Shown here: piece by piece, positions 10,279-19,390 of the stretch
Position numbering within the stretch: the stretch's first letter is position 1
How the letters are laid out: every line of letters begins with the position of its first letter
Source: a virus
Lineage: Duplodnaviria; Caudoviricetes
Strand: one strand, 5' to 3'
Virus record (IMG/VR): IMGVR_UViG_2588254079_000001
Coordinates: 2,998 to 66,997 of that record
DNA length: 64,000 nt
Program-made: the position numbers and the translations under genes
The notes under the pieces: generated by a model
The model's input: only the letters and a program-made list of their open reading frames with translations
Told to the model about the DNA's origin: nothing
Database searches by the model: none

Positions 10279-11337
10279 TTAGAGCGTCTGTATGAAAATA
10301 TCCATAAGCATTCCTGGCAGTTCAGTCAGTTGACCACTTTCCGATTGCAGGATTCGGCTCAAGGTTTTGAACGCCACAGGTGTCTGTGCCGCCATCCTGT
10401 CAAGTTGTTTCCGTTCTTTATCGGAAAGCAATGTCATAGAGAATCCGTCCAGTGAAGTATAAGGGTGGATAAGCATCCATATATAAGCATGTGCTTGCGA
10501 AGAAGTCTTGATTTTTTTGTTCCGAACATCTTCTATACAAATCTGCATATTTTGTATTTGGCGACGATTGGTGCGCATTGTCAAATAAAGCATAGCCTCC
10601 CGATAGGTAATCTCCTTTCTCTCAGCGGCAAAGAATATCTGCGAACAACACTGTTCAGTACCACGTGTGATGTCAGCCATACTCTCACCTTCGAAATCGT
10701 GCAAGTGAGAGAGGAACGCACGGAATATAGCATCTTCTTTAGTGATATAAGTAATCAGTTCATTGCGGCTATGTATGCCGTTACGGATAGTTCGAGTCAG
10801 TAACATACGGTAAGCCGCAAGGATTTCCTCTTTGTTACCCTTATGAAGCGGAAGATTATCCAGTGAGTTGAAAAACGGGCGGATTTCTCCAGCGGCATGA
10901 TGCAGTTCCTCATCATTGTTATAAGGTGAGAACTCTCCTTTGAGAGCCAAAAGTTCCTGATAAGTACGCGTCTTTGAGAGGGCTAAGCGTGAGAACTCAG
11001 TGCGGATAGAATCATGCAGTCTGATACACTCTTCACGCTGATTGGAATGGGGGTGGCTGAGCGTATCATTCCGGAGATACCTAAAAACAGAGTCTTTTAC
11101 AGTTTGCCATTGTAGGATATGCTTGGTCAATACTTGAAATGAGGAATCTTTCTGACGTCGTATATTGTATAAGTACTCCCTGTATATTCCGGCAGGATCG
11201 TTCGTAGCTTCAGACAATGATTTGCCATTTCTATCGCTGCATGATATCAGGCCCAATATGGCCAATGAAACGATACATCTTCCAGTCAAAAATGATGGAG
11301 TCTTGTAGTATGATTTTAAAATTTTCATATTTAACAA
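10279..11337 (-). CDS. Probable lipoprotein
   Basis: Lipobox-like LGLISC after a hydrophobic stretch; true start may be 11328. Confidence 0.7.
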   Translation of the reverse strand: MLNMKILKSYYKTPSFLTGRCIVSLAILGLISCSDRNGKSLSEATNDPAGIYREYLYNIRRQKDSSFQVLTKHILQWQTVKDSVFRYLRNDTLSHPHSNQREECIRLHDSIRTEFSRLALSKTRTYQELLALKGEFSPYNNDEELHHAAGEIRPFFNSLDNLPLHKGNKEEILAAYRMLLTRTIRNGIHSRNELITYITKEDAIFRAFLSHLHDFEGESMADITRGTEQCCSQIFFAAERKEITYREAMLYLTMRTNRRQIQNMQICIEDVRNKKIKTSSQAHAYIWMLIHPYTSLDGFSMTLLSDKERKQLDRMAAQTPVAFKTLSRILQSESGQLTELPGMLMDIFIQTL

Positions 11338-11563
11338 TTCATATTTAACGATGCAAATCTATATATTATTTTTATTGTAAAAGCTCTTTTATATCGCATT
11401 TAGTATAATTTTTGGTATCATATTAATAATATGATTATCAATGAAAACAAGTGCAAGAAAAAAAGCTAAAAAAAGGATTCAGCGAGATTTTTGCCACGAT
11501 ATGATTTTAGATTAAAATGAAAGTGCTATATTTGCACTTGTTATCAAAACAGTGTATATTAAA

Positions 11564-12208
11564 ATGGCAAAAGTTGGCTATATATTCAAGGAAAATAATG
11601 ACAGTTTTGATGCTGAGAGAGAATGGATGCAGCGATACGGTTGTGTACAAATCGTAGAGGAAACAGTTGAACATGAAACATTGAGACCTATGTGGAAACA
11701 GCTTATGGCGAATCTTCAAAGGGGCGATGAAATAGTCATATCCAAATTCAGCAATGCTGCACGCGGTTTAAGAGAACTGGCCGCGTTCATCGAACTATGC
11801 CGTATCAAAATTGTACGTGTCATATCCATTCATGACAGAGTTGATACTCGCGGTGAATTATTCCCCGGTACGACAGCAGCCGATGTGTTGTGGATAATAG
11901 GGGCATTTCCGGAAGAAATTGCCGCACTACGAAAATATTCCGCTCATGTCGAGAAGTTACGCCAGAATATCAAAGCCCCGGCTATGCCGAAGGTATTACC
12001 TAAAGCTGAACGAGATAAGACAATCGTGGATATGTATATCAACGGGCATTCTTTCGATGACATTTGGGCTGCAAGCGGTTTTAGCAGCAAAAGTTCTATT
12101 TGGCGCATACTCAATAAATATGGCGTAAAACTTGATCGTGGCCAAACCAGCGGTCCGCGTGTCAAACAGAACCCGAAAGAGGACGGAACAAATGAAGGTG
12201 GCTCCTGA
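11564..12208 (+). CDS. Resolvase/serine-recombinase-fold protein with C-terminal HTH, catalytic motif degenerate
   Basis: VGY...RP...L..GDEIVI...AR pattern, but GYIFKEN replaces GYxRVS; TATATTTG promoter at 11527-11534. Confidence 0.75.
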   Translation: MAKVGYIFKENNDSFDAEREWMQRYGCVQIVEETVEHETLRPMWKQLMANLQRGDEIVISKFSNAARGLRELAAFIELCRIKIVRVISIHDRVDTRGELFPGTTAADVLWIIGAFPEEIAALRKYSAHVEKLRQNIKAPAMPKVLPKAERDKTIVDMYINGHSFDDIWAASGFSSKSSIWRILNKYGVKLDRGQTSGPRVKQNPKEDGTNEGGS

Positions 12209-12297
12209 TAGAATTTTCAGATAATCAGGATCGTATATTTGTTTTTCGGTTATTATTTTGTATTTTTATTATTGTTAAAACTATAAAAGTAAGACTT

Positions 12298-12402
12298 ATG
12301 GGAGATATTATAATTGTATTGCTGGTATTCTGGGTTGTCGGCAAGCTCTTGAAGGGCGTGTTTGGCGGTTTCAGTAAAAGCAGCTTCAAAGATGATAAGT
12401 AG
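12298..12402 (+). CDS. Putative 34-aa single-TM peptide, not in the ORF track
   Basis: MGDIIIVLLVFWVVGKLLKGVFGGFSKSSFKDDK after an AT-rich leader. Confidence 0.5.
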   Translation: MGDIIIVLLVFWVVGKLLKGVFGGFSKSSFKDDK

Positions 12403-12577
12403 GCCAGCCAAGGGATGGGATAAATACGGTCAAAAAAGACTGGTTCAAGAGGCGTGAAATTGTAAGAAGGAAGTGGAATGGAATAAATATAAACGGAGCT
12501 TCCGGCAACAGGAATCCAGGATATATCGGTTGAGATATACCCTGAATACATGTCGGATATTGTCTGTCCGGAGATGT

Positions 12578-13258
12578 TTAGGCTTTCCACCTATACCCCT
12601 CGTCTGTCAGTTCCAAGTATTCCTCTAATCCCGGTTTTACGAAAAAGACAATTTCAAAGGCTTCGTTACTTCCGTTATCGGGGAATGTCATGTCGGTTTC
12701 TCCATTTCGGATAGTCCCTTTGCCCACGTTGGAACCAAGGTCTTCATCCGCATAGGCATATTGAAACTCGACGTCCGGAAATATCTCGGAGAGTGTTTGG
12801 ATAAGCAGAGGCACACCTTCCCAAGCCGTATCAAACCAAAGCACGTTCGGTTCTTCAAAATTCTGATTAAAGGCATTCCATTTTGTACCCCAGTTGGCAA
12901 TAGACCATTCATACCAAGTAGGATAACCGTATTTTCCCCAGTTTCTCAGATATGTCATTCCAAGTTGTAATGCTTCTTCCCTGACTTTTTCCTCCTGAAT
13001 TTCCATCCATTGAATGACTTTCAGGTCGTCCTGTGAATTGAACGGTTTACGTTGCTGTGCTATGATATACTGCATACCAAATTCCCCAGAAGTGGACGCT
13101 TCTATCAGTAAGTCCTTTGGCATAGGGATAATGTTGTTGAAGTCAATATAGCAAGGCGTACTGTCTTCATCAGTTTTTCCTTTTAAGAAATCCATCACAT
13201 TTTGTACTGTTTCTCTGTCTGCGTTTATTTCTAAACGGTTTGTTACATAATTAGGCAT
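12578..13258 (-). CDS. DUF1281/Api92-like protein
   Basis: MPNYVTNRL, DFNNIIPMP, WYEWSIANWGTKWNA and FDTAW motifs. Confidence 0.8.
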   Translation of the reverse strand: MPNYVTNRLEINADRETVQNVMDFLKGKTDEDSTPCYIDFNNIIPMPKDLLIEASTSGEFGMQYIIAQQRKPFNSQDDLKVIQWMEIQEEKVREEALQLGMTYLRNWGKYGYPTWYEWSIANWGTKWNAFNQNFEEPNVLWFDTAWEGVPLLIQTLSEIFPDVEFQYAYADEDLGSNVGKGTIRNGETDMTFPDNGSNEAFEIVFFVKPGLEEYLELTDEGYRWKA

Positions 13259-13292
13259 GATTTTAATGTTTAAAGAATTGGTTAGTATTAAC

Positions 13293-13529
13293 TTTTATTT
13301 CCCATATTGTCGGTTCTTTACTGATTGAACCGTTTTGGGATTTATGGATGCGGTAAACGGATGTCGATACAGCTTCATACGGCAACTTTTCTTGCCAAAT
13401 TACTCTTGCGCAGGAAGGAAGAATTTTGTAAGAAATACACTTCAAGTAGCAGGATCAAGCGCGATAGCCGACCTTTGCATCTGATAAAACCAAACCGGTG
13501 ATAGGATGAAGAATAGATGGGAGATAAAA
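13293..13529. promoter_or_regulatory. Fold-back element H2, putative ssDNA promoter
   Basis: ACCGTTTTGGGATTTATGGATGC pairs with GCATCTGATAAAACCAAACCGGT; GACCTTTG at 13470-13477. Confidence 0.6.
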
Positions 13530-13738
13530 TGAAAAATAATTAATATAAAAGAAGAATGCTATTCCTTTTGCAGAAATATAAAAAAGGAATAGAATGATAT
13601 AATTATAAAAGAGGGGCTATTATTACCCTCTCAATTATAAGAGGGTATGTTCTCAAACTCGCGCCCCTTATTTGTAATACTGTAATACTGTAATACCGCA
13701 ACACCTCCGTTAAAGGTCATTACGGTATTTTTTTTGAA

Positions 13739-13993
13739 TTATTCTTGTGTTGCTTCCATAGCATTGCTGTATTCTTTGATTTGCTCCATTGTCAGCCATT
13801 CGGGTTTTTCGTTTTCTCGGAAGCTGTCGTGAATTTTCGTCATGTATTCAATTTGTGTCTTTTCAGAACCAGCCCACAAACGACGAGAACTTTTGTTTCC
13901 AAAGCCAAGATAATATTCACAGTCGGCTTGCAAACGCCCCAATAACATATACCTGAATTTTAAATCGTGCTGTAATACTTCTTCTATTGTCAT
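13739..13993 (-). CDS. LPD11-domain protein
   Basis: YMLLGRLQADCEYYLG...LWAG...KPEWLTMEQI signature. Confidence 0.8.
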   Translation of the reverse strand: MTIEEVLQHDLKFRYMLLGRLQADCEYYLGFGNKSSRRLWAGSEKTQIEYMTKIHDSFRENEKPEWLTMEQIKEYSNAMEATQE

Positions 13994-14024
13994 ACTCGTT
14001 TTCGTTTTTAATTAAGTTTTTTAT

Positions 14025-14269
14025 TTTCCCTTTTTTCAAGTCTTTCGACTTTGCCGGAAGGGTTGTTTTTCATGTGCGTCCCAAACGACGAAGCAGGAAC
14101 GCAGTGCAAGGAATCGGAAATGAAATTTTATGAATACCGAAATCTATGATTTAGGAAGATTACGTCAAATTTCATTTCGGATAGCGTAGCGATACTTGGA
14201 TAGCGTTCGTTCGCCGTAATTTTGCACACGAAAACAAGACCGGGCGAAAGTCTGGATAACGACAGGAAA
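14025..14269. promoter_or_regulatory. Fold-back element H3, putative ssDNA promoter
   Basis: GACTTTGCCGG..TTGTTTTTCATGTGC pairs with GCACACGAAAACAA..CCGGGCGAAAGTC; inner GAAATGAAATTT/AAATTTCATTTC; TAATTTTG at 14217-14224. Confidence 0.7.
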
Positions 14270-14483
14270 CATCAACATTCATTACATAAGGACTGTAAAA
14301 GAGAAGCAGGCAGTTACGCTGCTATAAAAGGGAAACAAGGAAATTAAAAAAGTGGGCACGGAGCAATCTGTAAAAAAGGGGGATGCCACCTGTCTTCGGG
14401 CAAAAGAAGATACCATACCGATATGATTTAACCGATACGGTATCTCTTTGGTAGTCATCAGTACCATACTTTCAGAAAACCAT

Positions 14484-14984
14484 TTAAAAACATTCGATAT
14501 TCGCCTCTTGGAAAATCTGCGGGGCGTGCTGATAAAGCAAAGGAAGATTCAATACCGCCATTGGATATTCCACAAATCCGCTTCTACGCTTGTAACCTGA
14601 ATAGGTCGCTAAATTATTTGTCTCCAGAAACTCCATTGCATCCGGATAATGATTCACATCAATAAATGTACGGTCTGGCAAATCGAGTGCATCCATGCTC
14701 TCCAAATTGACGGATAGCACGATATACTCTGTTTCATCTTCCACACTTTGCAAAGTAAGTGCTAACCAGCCATTGCCATAAAATTGAGGCATGAGATAAA
14801 AGCGTTCTCCACGAAACTCGTATTCTTTCCGCGTTAGGGAGCTGTCCGGCTCTACCAAGCGAAAATCATCCTCTCCAGAAACAAATTCTGTTGATGGGTC
14901 GCTGACATCCACATACGTTCCATTTACATTGTGACACAAATACTCTGCATTTTCTGAACGAACAATCACAAATTGAATTTCCAT
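14484..14984 (-). CDS. DUF4313-like protein
   Basis: Y.NGWLAL...LSVNL...FIDVN...SGFVEYP pattern. Confidence 0.7.
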   Translation of the reverse strand: MEIQFVIVRSENAEYLCHNVNGTYVDVSDPSTEFVSGEDDFRLVEPDSSLTRKEYEFRGERFYLMPQFYGNGWLALTLQSVEDETEYIVLSVNLESMDALDLPDRTFIDVNHYPDAMEFLETNNLATYSGYKRRSGFVEYPMAVLNLPLLYQHAPQIFQEANIECF

Positions 14985-15020
14985 ACTTTTAAAATTTAGC
15001 TATTAAACATCATGTTCTTT

Positions 15021-15318
15021 TTTTCCCTTTTTTCGGAAGCCTTTAGGCTTCTCCAGTCGGGATTTGATTTTTACGTGCATTCAAGATTGCCTTTAAGGAA
15101 AAGCAGGCAAGGAATTTGGACAGAATTTTTACAGTTGCGGTATGGAGCGTATACGACATTTGAGCGATTGAAAATCGGGAAAGCTACTGAAAAATTGTGT
15201 TCAAATAGCGTAGCGGTACTTGAATGTTTTTCCGTGGCAATACCTTTGCACAGGAAAAAACAAGTCCTGACTGGTAGCAGCCTGAAACGAAATAATTTCG
15301 TTTTATACAAGGGTAAAA
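15021..15318. promoter_or_regulatory. Fold-back element H4, putative ssDNA promoter
   Basis: AGGCTTCTCCAGTCGGGATTTGATTTTTACGTGCA pairs with TGCACAGGAAAAAACAAGTCCTGACTGGTAGCAGCCT; TACCTTTG at 15241-15248. Confidence 0.7.
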
Positions 15319-15402
15319 CGGAGTGATAAAAAAGGGAATGACCACAAAGAGCAGCCGACAAAAGCCGGCTTTCTTTTGTTCCTGTGGGAGGAGCTGGGAC
15401 AT

Positions 15403-15717
15403 TTAATCCGTTACATCATAATAATAGCTTAGCTCGTCATCTTTCAGATACTCCATTGCATATTGACTGGCTTGTGCCCAAAGGGTATTATACAATGTCG
15501 CAATTTCCGGCCTTGTTTCATAATGCTGCCATATCTTATGGTTAAGCACTAAAACCAGTTCCGTGAGATACTTGTAGTTCTCTTTCCACTCCTCAAAAGC
15601 ACGGCTGAAAGTGTCCTGTATCGCCGAAAGACCAAATCGGTCAGCAATGGAAAAATCATTCCAAAAGGTTGTTTGCAATTCATAACCGTTCTCTAACATA
15701 AATTCTCTGAATGTCAT
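15403..15717 (-). CDS. Hypothetical protein (mobile-element type)
   Basis: 104 aa, TTFWNDFSIADRFG...LTELVLVLNHKIW; preceded by a fold-back. Confidence 0.8.
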   Translation of the reverse strand: MTFREFMLENGYELQTTFWNDFSIADRFGLSAIQDTFSRAFEEWKENYKYLTELVLVLNHKIWQHYETRPEIATLYNTLWAQASQYAMEYLKDDELSYYYDVTD

Positions 15718-15750
15718 AATGCCTCAAATTTTAAGATTAATATTTTATTT

Positions 15751-15969
15751 ATTTCCCTTCGATACTTCCTGTACCGAAAGGTTGATTATTTTTCTGCCCA
15801 CGGGATTGGCGGCCAGAACGGGCAAGGAGGATGCGGAAAATACACTCTTCGATATTTCGGAGAGGAAGATTTTACAGCAGCAAGTGTCAGCGGTCCTTGA
15901 CAGGACGGACAGCCGGCAATCGAATTTTGCAGGGAAATAACCAGGCTTGCGGGATAGAAATATAGGGGG
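15751..15969. promoter_or_regulatory. Fold-back element H5, putative ssDNA promoter
   Basis: TTATTTTTCTGC/GCAGGGAAATAA and GCAAGGA/TCCTTGA arms; variant box GAATTTTG at 15922-15929. Confidence 0.55.
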
Positions 15970-16182
15970 TAGCTGGATGGGGCTATAAAGGAGGGCCGGA
16001 GTCTAAAAAAGGAAACTGGCACAAGCGGCCACCTACAACAGTTGGGCGGGAACATTCATAAATGTGTAAAAAGGAATAGTTTCCCACCACATTTTATGCA
16101 GAATATATACGGCATAAAACACAAGTGCCGTAACAGCCTCTTGAGAAAGCGTTACGGCATTTGTTTAAGTACAGGTTACAGG

Positions 16183-16710
16183 CTATTTTACCTGAACGAG
16201 GTTGTCCTGTAGAGTTTTCCAGCCATACACTGCGGCCACATAGGGGTGGAGGGAACGTGTAACTTGGCGAAAACCATTCTCGTCAATTTCATAGTTGTAG
16301 ATTTTTGCGGCAATCCGTTCTGCGTCGTCACGATTTTCAGCGACACGGTACAAAACATAATTCGTGCCATCATGGTGCGACATACGGCCTCGTATATCGT
16401 AGCCGTCACCGTACCACTCTGCATCATACTGTGTAGATTGTAATATCCCGGCAATGTTGTCACCCAAAATTTGATAGCCTTGTTTGCGTCCGTTCCACAA
16501 TCCTAAATCTCCAAATGCAATAATGACTCCATTGACATCCTTGTTTAGGTTCTGCCGCTCATCCCCCAATTCATTATACACTTCGTCCGACCACTCTTCA
16601 TCGCTGACCTTGTAGGCATCATCGTCCAGTTCTTCTCGCTTGAAATTTTGATAATACTCTCTTGCTGTTTCATCCAATAGAGCATCACTTGACCAAATTA
16701 TTTGTTTCAT
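16183..16710 (-). CDS. Hypothetical acidic protein
   Basis: 175 aa with LGLWNG and HHDGTN motifs; own fold-back and terminator. Confidence 0.8.
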   Translation of the reverse strand: MKQIIWSSDALLDETAREYYQNFKREELDDDAYKVSDEEWSDEVYNELGDERQNLNKDVNGVIIAFGDLGLWNGRKQGYQILGDNIAGILQSTQYDAEWYGDGYDIRGRMSHHDGTNYVLYRVAENRDDAERIAAKIYNYEIDENGFRQVTRSLHPYVAAVYGWKTLQDNLVQVK

Positions 16711-16724
16711 ACATTCTAATTTTT

Positions 16725-16953
16725 TATTTTCCCTTCCCTTCAGAGGCTTTTACCTCGTCCGGTGGGATTTGATTTTACGTGCAAACCACAAGGCGGAAGA
16801 AGAGAACAATGCAAGGAGGAAGCGGAATCCGAAGGATTTCATTTGAACGGCATTGACTGCAAATGAAACGCGCCTTGCAGGTTCACGTCCGACTTAACTT
16901 CGCACTGTAAAATTAATGGACGGCGGACGTAACCTCACTTTTGGGAAGAAATA
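16725..16953. promoter_or_regulatory. Fold-back element H6, putative ssDNA promoter
   Basis: ATTTTACGTGC/GCACTGTAAAAT, CGTCCG/CGGACG and TGCAAGG/CCTTGCA arms; TAACTTCG at 16895-16902. Confidence 0.6.
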
Positions 16954-17197
16954 TGGTTATAAGAGGGACTGGAAAGCTGCTCAGAGGTATGGAATTGAGA
17001 GAGTCTTCTTTTTTCTATTGAAAATCGTAATCTGCCTGTTCATCAAGTGGAGCTAAGTATAACAGTATTACCGGGTGAAGATTTCATTTGGAGCTTGGCA
17101 TCGCAACAGTCACTTATAAAAGTATGATGCGTATTAATCCGGTCATGAGCAAAACAAAAGCGACCAAAAGATCGCTTTGTTCATGATAAGGCAAGAA

Positions 17198-17578
17198 TTA
17201 TTTTTTGCCTTTTTTCACGGGCTTTACCGGCTTTTCAGGAACATCCTCCTTTTCGATAGGAGGATAAAACTTGACAGCCACCATAACAACACGATTGTGC
17301 TTCACACCGACCTTGTCGGTCCACTCTTCAGGCTTAAAGTAGCCTTCAATGGTGAGCATCGTACCTTTGGTCAGTTGGTCGAATGACCCAGTATTCTCGT
17401 TTTTACGCCAAGCCTCAATATTCATAAAGGCTGAAATGCGGTTGGTTTCCTCGGCATTCCTTTCCTGACGGCTTACGGCCAATGGGAAACGTGCGACACT
17501 GCTGTTGGTGAACTCTCGGATTTCAGCGTCTTTACCTAAGAATCCGGTTACTGTGAAATTGTTTTCAATCTTTTTCAT
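17198..17578 (-). CDS. ssb: Single-stranded DNA-binding protein
   Basis: N.F.VTGFLGKDAE...RFPLAV...EAW...KG..L.IEG OB-fold pattern; basic rather than acidic tail. Confidence 0.85.
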   Translation of the reverse strand: MKKIENNFTVTGFLGKDAEIREFTNSSVARFPLAVSRQERNAEETNRISAFMNIEAWRKNENTGSFDQLTKGTMLTIEGYFKPEEWTDKVGVKHNRVVMVAVKFYPPIEKEDVPEKPVKPVKKGKK

Positions 17579-17583
17579 GTTGA

Positions 17584-17818
17584 ATTGCTTTTAGAAGTTA
17601 TTAAATCAATTTTTACACTGCCTAAAAAGTAGATGTCGTTTAAGGGATGCACCAAGGATAGCGCGTCAATACGCTTTATTTTTAGCCACAGGTAAAATCG
17701 AAGGCTCGATAAAGGAAGATTGAAGCGGCTACGCCATTGGTCAAGACAACCATGTCGTTCCCGTCGGCATACTATCTTTGCAGAGGAAAAATGATGATTG
17801 CTTCGATAAAAAGCGATT
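17584..17818. promoter_or_regulatory. Fold-back element H7 upstream of ssb, putative ssDNA promoter
   Basis: ATTGCTTTT..GAAG..ATCAATTTTT..CTGC pairs with GCAG..AAAAATGAT..CTTC..AAAAGCGAT; TATCTTTG at 17773-17780. Confidence 0.6.
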
Positions 17819-18275
17819 ATGGAAAATGGGAAACAAGTAAACCGGTAATGATAAGGAAAAAGAGCAAATCCAAATGTCGGCACAAAGGCGAAACATCCGT
17901 CCGAAAGTCAGTGAAGAATAGCAAAGCCAAAGCGAGACATGCCTGGCTTGAATTGAGACTGTAACAAACAGAATACCATCCAATCAGAAAAAAGGCCACT
18001 GCATAAGGAATGTGTCAGCCAAGAGTGGACAGAAGCGTAGGTAGCCCATCCTTGGAGGATAGTGATATCCGCATCGAAAAAAAATGGAACTGGAAGGAAA
18101 AACGGCAGGAAGAACCAGACTTTTCACAAAGTGGTTTCCAATTCGCTTTGTGCGAATGGCTGGTTTCTACAAAAGGGAGTGGCGCAGCCAAAAGAAAAAG
18201 TTATAAAAGGAAAATGGAAGTAAGGCTGAAATGGGTGATTCCATTCCAGCCAGTCGATGATATTTGTCCAAGGTG

Positions 18276-18536
18276 TCATTGAAATTCAACCATCATAATA
18301 CGATGCTCGAATATTTTGGTTTTGTCGCTGGGACGTCGCTGGCAAACCCAAAGGTGTCGTGCACCGTAACCGTATGTGAAATATTCATCAAGTGGAGTTT
18401 TTTTCTCCAACTGTCTCATGCTTTCACGCAATTCCGCCTCATTGCCAGAAAAAAGAATCGTGTTAATGATTCGGAAATAAAGTTCAGTTACCTCGTCACA
18501 ATAGGGGCAAAAGCTGTGTTCAATTGTTACTTTCAT
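18276..18536 (-). CDS. Hypothetical protein with CPYC motif
   Basis: 86-aa ORF in an operon. Confidence 0.7.
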   Translation of the reverse strand: MKVTIEHSFCPYCDEVTELYFRIINTILFSGNEAELRESMRQLEKKTPLDEYFTYGYGARHLWVCQRRPSDKTKIFEHRIMMVEFQ

Positions 18537-18550
18537 GCTTCTTTTGATTT

Positions 18551-18880
18551 TTATTGTACTTCGATTATATCTTCAATTCGACCATATAGGACAGAACGTA
18601 GTGCGGTTTTGTCAATGGCATAATATTCGGCAATATGTCCGTGTTGTTTCACGAAATACCGTTTGAGAACATCGGAGAAGTCAAAACGGTAGCCCATTAA
18701 AGCGATACCTCTTTTGAAATGGCAGCACTCTTTCACATTGCGGGTGAGCCAGTTCTTTTCTTCCCGACTCAACTTGTCGCCATTATCAAGACGTTCCCGT
18801 AATTTGTAAACCTTGCTATCTTTCAGTTTTTCCAATTCGGGCACATCCCATTGGACGAATTTCATTGCTATCTGTGTCAT
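18551..18880 (-). CDS. Hypothetical protein
   Basis: 109-aa ORF in an operon. Confidence 0.75.
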   Translation of the reverse strand: MTQIAMKFVQWDVPELEKLKDSKVYKLRERLDNGDKLSREEKNWLTRNVKECCHFKRGIALMGYRFDFSDVLKRYFVKQHGHIAEYYAIDKTALRSVLYGRIEDIIEVQ

Positions 18881-18907
18881 GGTTTCTATGTTGTAAAATT
18901 GTAAAAA

Positions 18908-19039
18908 TTACTTCATCACAGTATTTAATACTCTCTCTTTGCCACAGATGAAACGAACAGTGATTTTGTTGTCGAAATCACCGACAATCGTTCCATCCGT
19001 GTGTCTCTTATAGAATAAGCAAAGTGTAGGATAGAGCAT
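18908..19039 (-). CDS. Possible 43-aa protein, not in the ORF track
   Basis: ATG..TAA frame filling the gap between two co-oriented genes. Confidence 0.35.
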   Translation of the reverse strand: MLYPTLCLFYKRHTDGTIVGDFDNKITVRFICGKERVLNTVMK

Positions 19040-19062
19040 AATTTTACTTTATCTTCTTCTAC

Positions 19063-19365
19063 TCATTCAGTTACTAATTTGACCTTCCATTCTCCCTGAG
19101 AGAATATTCTAAAGCTCACGTACTCGTCTTCAAATTCATAGGTTAGAATCTTGATATAGACTTTATCTTTGTCCTCCAACGATTCTACCAATTTTTTGAT
19201 TTCTTCTTCTGGATACACCCAACGAGAGGAAAATTCTGCATCTACACTATCACCATATCGATTGGTAAATTCGCTGAAAGTGTCATCCAAGAAAGCCTCT
19301 ATTTTGTCGAGGTCTGTTTTATTTTCCGTTCTTGCGTGGAAAATGTTGGTTGCATAATTTGCCAT
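19063..19365 (-). CDS. Hypothetical acidic protein (DUF1281-like ferredoxin fold suspected)
   Basis: MANYATN...FSSRW resembles MPNYVTN...FDTAW of 12578..13258. Confidence 0.65.
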   Translation of the reverse strand: MANYATNIFHARTENKTDLDKIEAFLDDTFSEFTNRYGDSVDAEFSSRWVYPEEEIKKLVESLEDKDKVYIKILTYEFEDEYVSFRIFSQGEWKVKLVTE

Positions 19366-19390
19366 AAATACCAAGTTTTAAGTTTGTTAC

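Noticed and set aside
12225-12590. 121-aa minus-strand ORF
   Set aside because: Low-complexity translation with no motifs; overlaps a more plausible + strand peptide.
13673-13696. TGTAATAC x3 tandem repeat
   Set aside because: No spacers, so not CRISPR; probably slippage next to a terminator.
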